This document shows, piece by piece, positions 26,300 through 33,104 of a stretch of 33,104 nucleotides of DNA. The DNA is taken from NCBI GenBank assembly GCA_964473825.1, contig CAYYQL010000029.1, positions 1 to 33,104 of the forward strand. The letters are read 5' to 3'. This DNA is from an uncultured archaeon (GTDB lineage Archaea > Asgardarchaeota > Thorarchaeia > Thorarchaeales > Thorarchaeaceae). The position numbers and the translations under genes are program-made. A model generated the notes under the pieces. That model saw nothing but the letters and a program-made list of their open reading frames with translations, did not search any database and was not told the DNA's origin. Within the stretch, counting starts at the first letter, position 1. Every line of letters starts with the position of its first letter.

Positions 26300-26405
26300 C
26301 TCCGAAGACATTTGAGAAAATCAATTAAGTGCCCAAGATAGAACCTCCCGAGAGCGGATGGTACATCATCGCGTTCTAATATACTTATCAAACGAATCTT
26401 GTTGA

Positions 26406-28337
26406 GTGGTGCTCCAAGTGACGAAAGACAAGCTCTGGCTCGGACTGTATCTAGATGAAGAAGGAAAAAGGACGGACAAGAAGTTCGAAATAAGCGTTGA
26501 TCTGCTTAGAAGACATGGCGGAGTCTTCGGGTCTACTGGTTCAGGCAAGACTGTCTTGAGCAAGGCCATCTTGGAAGAGGCTGCGCTCCAAGGCATACCT
26601 GTGATTGCAATGGACCCCCAGGGAGATATCGCGTCGCTCATGATTCCTGGTGACCCAAAAGAGCTCGAAACAAAGGGAGTAGATCCCGCTAGACTCAAAG
26701 AGTATCTCGATAAAGTGATTGTGAGAGTCTATACCCCTGCGAGCAGTAAGGGGCTTGCAATATCAATCAATCCGTTGAAACTACCAGATAAGAATGCAGA
26801 TCCAGATGATATGGTCCGTCTCATGGACAACTCGGCCCGGACCTTGGTGAAGGTTCTTTCAAAGGTAGCAGGCCTATCTAAATCATGGGAGAGCAAGTCG
26901 TTTGCAGTTCTCTACGAGTTGTTGAGAACCACTTGGGAAAAAGACGTGAAGGTCAAGGACCTGGCTGAGCTGGCCAATCTCCTCGTGGCCCCGGTTGACG
27001 AAGTTGGAGTGGACCTTGAACCATACATGAAGCAATCAGAACGCGAGAAACTGGCAACCTCTATTAGAAGTCTGACCGTGGGGTCTTCTCAGTTGCTTTT
27101 CAGAGAAGAAGGACAAATCGATTTCGATGAACTCATCAAACCTGTCAATGGTAAGACACCAATCAACGTTCTCTTTCTGAAGACACTGAGAAGTGAAGAG
27201 GAGAAACATTTCTTCATTGCAATAGTCCTCAACCAGCTCTACTCATGGATGCTGCGACAAGGATTCACAGAGCAGCCCAGACTCGTTCTCTTTCAGGATG
27301 AGGCTGCACCGTTCATTCCGGCAGGAATGAAGTCCCCAGGCCCCAAGGAAACCTTCCTCCTGCTCTTTCGACAGGCAAGGAAATACGGGGTAGAGTGCTT
27401 GGTTGCGACGCAGTCCCCCAAAGACGTTGACTATAAGGCATTCGAGCAGACCTCGCTTATTGCTAGTGGGCGCATCAGCAGTCATCAGTCCCTGAAGGTG
27501 CTTGAGAGGGTTCTAGAACCGATAGCAGGAGAAAAGGGGGCCGAGGAAATCATCAAGCATCTTCCTGCCCAACCGACTGCCTCCTTCATAATCGCATCAG
27601 CAGATATGAAACCGAAGGTGAATCACGTGGGTGTTCGCTGGCTTCTCACGAAACACATCACACTCACAGAACGCGACGTTCAGAAACATATGGTTGAACT
27701 CAAGAAGGACCAAGAGAAGATACTCAGAGAAATGGAGAAACAAAGGCTAGAACGAGAGAAGATAGTGGAAGAAAAACATCGAAAGCTTGCCGATGAGCGT
27801 CGAAAGAAGAAAGAGGAAGAGGAGCGGCTCAAGAGGGAGAAAGCAGAAAGAGAAAGGCAGGAGGCCGCAATGGCTGCGAAGCGCGAGGAATTCGTGTCTG
27901 CACCACCCGACGCCAAGGTCTTCGAAACCAAGGGTAAGCAGAGCCTATCGTATGAAGACATCATCAACGCATTCATTGCCAGAATCGAAGGAATCGCGCG
28001 GACAACCTTTGGGCTCCCGTTCCTGAAGGAACTGGTAAGGCGCGAGCAACTCGTCTATGAGAAGGCCATGTCATTCTATCTGAAAGAAACCAAGGCCGCC
28101 ATCAAGTATGGTCTCGCCAAACGTGTGAAGGGGCCCCACAGAGGTAGGCAGACTTGGCTCATCATGTACGATTTTGATCACGTTCTGGACGAGGTGCTGA
28201 AGTCCACCGGGATCAAGCAACCAGAGTACGTGGACAGGACGCGTCTCAAGAAGCGTTTTGAGGAGCTGGTCAAGAACGCAGAGAAGAACAGCATTCTGGA
28301 GAGAATCGTGCTTGGTGAACCCCTCTTGGATTTCTAG
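26406..28337 (+). CDS. HerA/FtsK-like (DUF87/DUF853-type) ATPase with charged helical stalk and C-terminal domain
   Basis: RH..VFGSTGSGKT Walker A, DPQGD, LFQDEA Walker B and RQARKYGV..LVATQSP.D.D motifs. Confidence 0.88.
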   Translation: MVLQVTKDKLWLGLYLDEEGKRTDKKFEISVDLLRRHGGVFGSTGSGKTVLSKAILEEAALQGIPVIAMDPQGDIASLMIPGDPKELETKGVDPARLKEYLDKVIVRVYTPASSKGLAISINPLKLPDKNADPDDMVRLMDNSARTLVKVLSKVAGLSKSWESKSFAVLYELLRTTWEKDVKVKDLAELANLLVAPVDEVGVDLEPYMKQSEREKLATSIRSLTVGSSQLLFREEGQIDFDELIKPVNGKTPINVLFLKTLRSEEEKHFFIAIVLNQLYSWMLRQGFTEQPRLVLFQDEAAPFIPAGMKSPGPKETFLLLFRQARKYGVECLVATQSPKDVDYKAFEQTSLIASGRISSHQSLKVLERVLEPIAGEKGAEEIIKHLPAQPTASFIIASADMKPKVNHVGVRWLLTKHITLTERDVQKHMVELKKDQEKILREMEKQRLEREKIVEEKHRKLADERRKKKEEEERLKREKAERERQEAAMAAKREEFVSAPPDAKVFETKGKQSLSYEDIINAFIARIEGIARTTFGLPFLKELVRREQLVYEKAMSFYLKETKAAIKYGLAKRVKGPHRGRQTWLIMYDFDHVLDEVLKSTGIKQPEYVDRTRLKKRFEELVKNAEKNSILERIVLGEPLLDF

Positions 28338-28545
28338 CAGCTAGGCTTCACTCCGAAAGAGAATGGGTGTTCATTCAGCTGAGCACGCAATCCGCTCTTT
28401 CACCACTTGATGGGGCCACTTAACTGCGAAGGTCCGTTGTTGACGAGTCAGGTCCGGTACACCATAGACTATCAACGGAGCTCTCGACACGGTCTTTGCA
28501 ATGCGGTTCCCTCGGAGTCGTGTGAAACGAGGACCACCAGATTCG

Positions 28546-29361
28546 TCAGATGAGTTCAACTATCTCTTCAAGACTGTCTACTTGAAAATCGGGGGTCGTA
28601 TCCAGCTCACCAGACTCAAATGCTATGATATCATCCGGATTACGATTGACCAACACGGTAGTCATGCCTGCAGCATTGCCACCAGCTATGTCAGATCTGG
28701 GATTATCTCCAACCATCACAGCATCGGTACAAGAAAAGCCTAAGGACTCGACGGTGGTCACGAATATCTCTGGTAGAGGTTTCCCAACAGTTGTCGCTGT
28801 AACATCAGTGGCATCCTCGATGGCGGCTACAATCGACCGCTCCCCGATGAATATGTCTTCTCTTCCAAGATAGACCCCTGGATAGGAACGGCTACCACTC
28901 ACACAGATGAGCTCGGCTCCTTCTGACACCATCCGAGTGGCGAAGTTTAGCTCCTCAAAGGTCATTCCTCTGTCAGCTGCTACCGCCACGTAATCAATCG
29001 GGGGATTGCGGGTGACATGAAGGCCCTTCAGAAGAAAGTCCTCCGTTGTGCCTCCCTCGCTTATCACAAAGCATCTGGCATCTGGACGCCTGCTATACAC
29101 ATACGCGGCGGCAGCTGCGCCAGCACTGAAGGTCTTATCTAAATCGAAGCTGAATCCGGCCTGAACCACGGCTCTATGAATGACACGAGAGGAGAGACGT
29201 CCCACATTGGTGAGGATTCCCAAGACCTTGCCGCGATTCGCCAGTGCCTTCACCAAGACAAGCGCGTCTTCGAAGGGGTCAGGGTGCTCTACATCCTTGA
29301 TGAGGGTGTTATCGACATCAAACAGCCAGAGTCTGCAGTCAGCAAGTTCATCTTTGCTCAT
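28546..29361 (-). CDS. HAD-IIA family hydrolase (NagD-like phosphatase)
   Basis: FDVDNTL, LTN, VGKP and MVGDNP.SDI.GG..AG motifs. Confidence 0.92.
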   Translation of the reverse strand: MSKDELADCRLWLFDVDNTLIKDVEHPDPFEDALVLVKALANRGKVLGILTNVGRLSSRVIHRAVVQAGFSFDLDKTFSAGAAAAAYVYSRRPDARCFVISEGGTTEDFLLKGLHVTRNPPIDYVAVAADRGMTFEELNFATRMVSEGAELICVSGSRSYPGVYLGREDIFIGERSIVAAIEDATDVTATTVGKPLPEIFVTTVESLGFSCTDAVMVGDNPRSDIAGGNAAGMTTVLVNRNPDDIIAFESGELDTTPDFQVDSLEEIVELI

Positions 29362-29449
29362 AAGACCCGATATGGACTGCCTTGAACAAAAGCTTAGCGG
29401 ATTCAGATACCCATGAGCTGATTCCGTGGGCTAGCCTCAAACAACCGCT

Positions 29450-29797
29450 TCACTCTTCGAGTAACGGGATGACACATATGAACCTGAACGGATCCTTTCC
29501 CTCGGAGTTATCGTAACCGTGGGGTTCATCGGGTTCGATGAATACAACATCGTCCTTCTGAGCGGTCATACCCTCTTGCCCACCTAGCAGCTCTGCCTTG
29601 CCCTCAAGGATGAAAATCTCATGCTCCTCTGGATGTTGATGAAGAGGGATTATGCCGCCTGGCTGAATCTCAAAATACCGCATCGCATATGTTCTTGCTC
29701 CTGACCTCCGGCCTACCAGCCAGCGCATCGTGGTTCCCTTGGAGCCGGGCATATCAACAGGTATCTCGTCACGTTCTTGATAATCAACAACATACAA
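29450..29797 (-). CDS. Cupin domain protein
   Basis: PGG.IPLH.HPEEHE.F.L.G and D.VFI.P..PHGY.N motifs; TTG start after GGAGG. Confidence 0.92.
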   Translation of the reverse strand: MYVVDYQERDEIPVDMPGSKGTTMRWLVGRRSGARTYAMRYFEIQPGGIIPLHQHPEEHEIFILEGKAELLGGQEGMTAQKDDVVFIEPDEPHGYDNSEGKDPFRFICVIPLLEE

Positions 29798-29995
29798 GGC
29801 CTTATCCTCCAGAGTGGGTAGAGTATATCAAAAAGAGAGGGTCGTAGCTCTGTATAATAAGATTAGGATATGGTTCCGGTTCCATTCCAATAAGACAAAA
29901 ATGCTGAATAACACAGAAAGGTTAATCTGAACCGAGAATACTCTGATTTCTATACCTGATGTCTACTTCCTGACCAAAGTATAGGGGAATCTGCC

Positions 29996-30514
29996 ATGGG
30001 AGAAGAAGAGACCTACATTCGTGCGAAGCTCACAGAAATCAATACTTCGATTGACCGGCTGACAGACTTGCTCAACAGAATGATAGAAGTCATGACAAAG
30101 ATTACCGACCTTGAGGATTCGACCTCTGAACTGGCGCTGGCGGTAACAGCAAACGGTGAGAAGATAGATGACCTGACACAGATGGTTAAGAAGCTAGGGA
30201 AACAAGCGTCTGTTCCAGCTTCGAGCGGTGCCATCGCGGAAAAGGGAGTAGTCACGGGACTCAGCTCGGTTCTTGATAATCTTGACAGTCAAGTGAGGGA
30301 AGGAATCATAGCCAGCGACTTGGCAACCAAAGTTGATGATGCAGCTGAAACACTTGAACAGAAAGGTGCAAGCAGCTCCCTCGTCGTTAAAATGCAGCGC
30401 TGGGTACGAATTCTCAAGACATATGGACCGGTCGATACCGTCAGTCCAGCAGACCTCGCCAAGCTACGCGGGGATCTGAAGGACTGGCAGAAAGAAATCG
30501 GTCAGATGAGATAA
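29996..30514 (+). CDS. Coiled-coil protein with a Vps28 C-terminal-domain-like helical bundle (tentative)
   Basis: Heptad repeat over aa ~12-67, a low-complexity linker, then an ~88-aa helical domain that aligns by eye with the Vps28 CTD. Confidence 0.55.
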   Translation: MGEEETYIRAKLTEINTSIDRLTDLLNRMIEVMTKITDLEDSTSELALAVTANGEKIDDLTQMVKKLGKQASVPASSGAIAEKGVVTGLSSVLDNLDSQVREGIIASDLATKVDDAAETLEQKGASSSLVVKMQRWVRILKTYGPVDTVSPADLAKLRGDLKDWQKEIGQMR

Positions 30515-30634
30515 TACCTGCAAAGAAGGGACAAACTCTTCGAAAAATAGAAGCTCTCATGCGAGTGGTCAATCCTTAATAGGGTTCACTACAGCTTTAT
30601 AGCTGACACTGCCGGGACACAGAGGTGACACTGA

Positions 30635-30973
30635 ATGATACCTGAGGAGATTGATGACAGGATTCGGACTACCATTAAGGAATTTCCCAACCCATATTGC
30701 CAAGAGATTCTCACCATTTGGGATTCTTGGATTGCGACCAATCCTGAAGCGCCGTACTACCTTGGCTGGTCTGAGTTTGCCTCTCAAGATGATGACGAGA
30801 GATCATTGTTCAACGAAGAGAGGATATACATCAAGAAGATATCTAATGAGCTACGAGATTTAGAGGTTCCAAAGACACTCTGGCAGAAAGTGGCAAAGGC
30901 GCTTGCAGCCGTTGCGAGTATGTTCCTTGTCGTATTCTTAGCACTATCAAGAGTGTCGAGAGCTGCAGAATAG
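30635..30973 (+). CDS. Hypothetical protein with a single C-terminal hydrophobic helix (tail-anchor-like)
   Basis: SD-like GAGGTGA upstream; C-terminal ALAAVASMFLVVFLALSR. Confidence 0.75.
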   Translation: MIPEEIDDRIRTTIKEFPNPYCQEILTIWDSWIATNPEAPYYLGWSEFASQDDDERSLFNEERIYIKKISNELRDLEVPKTLWQKVAKALAAVASMFLVVFLALSRVSRAAE

Positions 30974-31038
30974 TCGCCAACTCGTTAGGTCAGAGAGGCC
31001 TACTTATATTTGGCAGCCCAGAGTTTCACTAGAGGACA

Positions 31039-32526
31039 ATGGATTCTGCAGGCATAGATGTTCCTGAAGGCATGCTTCATAGACTGCACACGGCGGTACG
31101 TGCGGTACAGAACTCTGAGAAGGCTCTAGCATTCTCACATATCGATGCAGATGGAATTACGGCTCTAGCAATTGTGGTGCAACTTCTGCAACGTGAGAGC
31201 ATCCAAACTGAATGGGCCAATATCCACCAGTTGAACTCGGAATCTATCATCGAGGTCAGAGATTCAATCCTCAAAGGAAAACCAGACCTTGTCATATTCA
31301 GCGATTTTGGGACAGGCCAGATGGATTTAATCCGGGAACAAATCTCACCGCTGGAATCTGTAAGAAAGATAGTCGTGCTGGACCATCATCTCCCCAAAAA
31401 GAAATCTGAACAGAACACGTCCAATGGGAAGATTATCGAGGTCAATCCATGCAATCATGGCCTGAGCGGCAGTAAGGATGTTTCAGGTGCAGGAGTTGCA
31501 TTTCTATTGGCGCTGCACACCTCTCTGGAAAACACAGACCTATCAGAGCTGGCGATAGTTGGAGCCTCTGGAGACCTCCAGGATTTCTATGGGAAAGGCT
31601 TCAGGGGGATAAATGCGGACATTATCAGACTAGGCGAGGCGGCAGGATACGTTGCAGTGGATAAGGATCTTACATTCTTTGGGATTAACACCAGACCCCT
31701 CCCCTTCCTGCTTGAGTATGCTACTGAGCCCTATCTGCCTGGGATAACAGGAAACAGGGATGCATGCTATTCCTTCTTTGAGAACCTTAGAATTCAGATG
31801 AAGAATACAGACGACAGCTGGAGAACGTGGAGTGACCTTCAGGATAGTGAGAAGCAGCACGCGATTCAAGCCCTCTTCCACGAGATTCTACAAGCCTATG
31901 ACGACCCAAAGATTGCCAAGGGTATCATTGGAGATGTGATAACACTCACACGTAGGCCGCTTAAGAGTGAGATGAGGAACGTGAAAGAGTTCTCCACACT
32001 TCTGAATGCATGCGGGAGAAACAGAGAACCCGAGGTGGGTGTCCGCATTTGTCTTGGAGATGAAGATGCATATGTACGAGGAAGGACACTGCTTCAGACT
32101 CATAGATCCAATCTTGCCCAAGCTCTGCGAAGAGTAGAGCAACAGGGTTACGATGAGAGGAAGGGAATGTATCTGATAGACGACAACGAAACCCCTGATA
32201 CTATCATTGGCATCGTTATTGGCATGGCCCAAGGAGCTCGTCTTGTCCCTATAGACAAACCGGTGATTGGGGTAAGCAGGAACACCACAGGTGAAGGTCC
32301 GAAGCTGAAGATCTCTGGCAGAGCGAGAGGTTCCTTGATAAAGAGAGGACTCAATTTGAAAGAGGCCTTCGTTGAAGTAGCCGAGATTCTGAATGAACAA
32401 CATGGTAGAACAATAGCAGAAGCAGGAGGTCATCCAATGGCGGCCGGAGCATTTGTGCACAATAAGCATTTGAAAGAGTTCCTCGATATGACCTCGGATA
32501 GACTTGCTGAAATGCTCACCAAGTAG
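31039..32526 (+). CDS. DHH-family phosphoesterase, archaeal RecJ/Cdc45 (GAN)-like
   Basis: SHIDADG, SDFG, LDHH, VSGAG, GASGDLQ, EFSTLLNACGR, KISGR and GGHPMAAG motifs. Confidence 0.92.
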   Translation: MDSAGIDVPEGMLHRLHTAVRAVQNSEKALAFSHIDADGITALAIVVQLLQRESIQTEWANIHQLNSESIIEVRDSILKGKPDLVIFSDFGTGQMDLIREQISPLESVRKIVVLDHHLPKKKSEQNTSNGKIIEVNPCNHGLSGSKDVSGAGVAFLLALHTSLENTDLSELAIVGASGDLQDFYGKGFRGINADIIRLGEAAGYVAVDKDLTFFGINTRPLPFLLEYATEPYLPGITGNRDACYSFFENLRIQMKNTDDSWRTWSDLQDSEKQHAIQALFHEILQAYDDPKIAKGIIGDVITLTRRPLKSEMRNVKEFSTLLNACGRNREPEVGVRICLGDEDAYVRGRTLLQTHRSNLAQALRRVEQQGYDERKGMYLIDDNETPDTIIGIVIGMAQGARLVPIDKPVIGVSRNTTGEGPKLKISGRARGSLIKRGLNLKEAFVEVAEILNEQHGRTIAEAGGHPMAAGAFVHNKHLKEFLDMTSDRLAEMLTK

Positions 32527-32540
32527 AAAAAGGAGTAGAT

Positions 32541-32561
32541 GGGGGATGGTTCCCCCGTTTT
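32541..32561. terminator. Hairpin between convergent genes, possibly a bidirectional terminator
   Basis: GGGGGA-TGGT-TCCCCC followed by GTTTT on the plus strand, with a TTTTT run nearby on the minus strand. Confidence 0.55.
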
Positions 32562-32567
32562 ATGCTA

Positions 32568-33026
32568 CTAATAGTCCTCTGCAGTCAGTGATGCACCGAT
32601 TATTCCGGGAACGAAGAGCAAAGCAAAGGAAACACCCAAGTCAATCACAGCATTCTCAGCCACAGCCAACAGGGCATTGGGATCAAGAGCCATACCAAGG
32701 TATAGCATGACGTATCCAAGGAAGAAGAGTACCATGGCAATGATGGATACAAAAAGCATGCGAACGCCGCTCTTAGAAATGAGTCCGGCAATGAAGCCTG
32801 CAACTCCAAGTGCTACCAATGGGGCATATGCCCCACTTAGCGCAAAGGTGTACGGGAATATCAGTTCTGCAAAGAGTATAGCTCCAAGACCCTGAAGTGC
32901 ATCCACAGGATCGGCACTCTGCAGTATTGCCTGGATTGCGGCCATATCGAGACCAAGAATCTGGAAAGCCCCGATTATGATGGCCACAACAAGGGCAATC
33001 AGTAGGGCAATTATTGTTCTGAACAT
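32568..33026 (-). CDS. Hypothetical ~4-TM membrane protein
   Basis: 152 aa, highly hydrophobic, AGFIAGLISKS motif; SD-like AAGGAG upstream. Confidence 0.8.
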   Translation of the reverse strand: MFRTIIALLIALVVAIIIGAFQILGLDMAAIQAILQSADPVDALQGLGAILFAELIFPYTFALSGAYAPLVALGVAGFIAGLISKSGVRMLFVSIIAMVLFFLGYVMLYLGMALDPNALLAVAENAVIDLGVSFALLFVPGIIGASLTAEDY

Positions 33027-33104
33027 ATGTTTGGCAACTCCTTAGTGATTGGAATCTTGTCCCCGTACAGGTCACTCGCTTTTATATCTCTTCGCCATCA
33101 GAGG

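Noticed and set aside
25617-28337. Ced-like DNA import system (6-TM protein plus HerA/VirB4 ATPase)
   Set aside because: A terminator separates the genes, the ATPase has no TM anchor and no CedA1/A2-like small genes are present.
28448-28470. TCAGGTCCGG resembling SRP RNA helix 8
   Set aside because: The required GGAA tetraloop and AGCAG strand are absent.
28440-28560. Hammerhead-ribozyme-like fragments (GAAACGAG...TTCGTC, CAGATGAG)
   Set aside because: There is no correctly placed CUGANGA core and no stem I/II can be formed; part of it overlaps the HAD stop codon.
177-33075. Numerous antisense and alternate-frame ORFs in the track (e.g. 7471..8046, 25745..26341, 31888..32469, 1789..2133, 11241..11423)
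   Set aside because: They are shadows of well-supported genes or lack protein-like motifs.
1-33104. CRISPR arrays, IS elements, integrases, tRNA/rRNA genes
   Set aside because: I saw no regularly spaced repeats, transposase/integrase motifs or cloverleaf/rRNA signatures.

Overview
Gene-dense archaeal chromosomal segment of roughly even GC content, with about 35 CDS. I found no rRNA, tRNA, CRISPR array or mobile element. Gene content (RNAP subunit Rpo5, F420-dependent Mer, Nre, EndoQ, archaeal COG1202 helicase, DHH/RecJ-Cdc45-like protein, TATA-type promoters) is archaeal. The eukaryote-like proteins suggest an Asgard archaeon, probably Thorarchaeia-like (inference). Two observations stand out. 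(i) A stand-alone 186-aa Rpo5/RPB5 carries an N-terminal domain that aligns by eye with the eukaryotic RPB5 'jaw' domain, which canonical archaeal RpoH lacks. (ii) A 172-aa 'hypothetical' protein has an N-terminal coiled coil fused to a domain that aligns by eye with the ESCRT-I Vps28 C-terminal four-helix bundle. Also found: a 39-aa desulforedoxin-like gene absent from the ORF track, a DNA-repair cluster (NreA, HTH-Zn ribbon, OB-fold, EndoQ with an expanded Zn finger), several domain insertions, bacterial-style hairpin terminators and candidate structured RNAs. All family calls come from motif recognition and recalled reference sequences, not from database searches.
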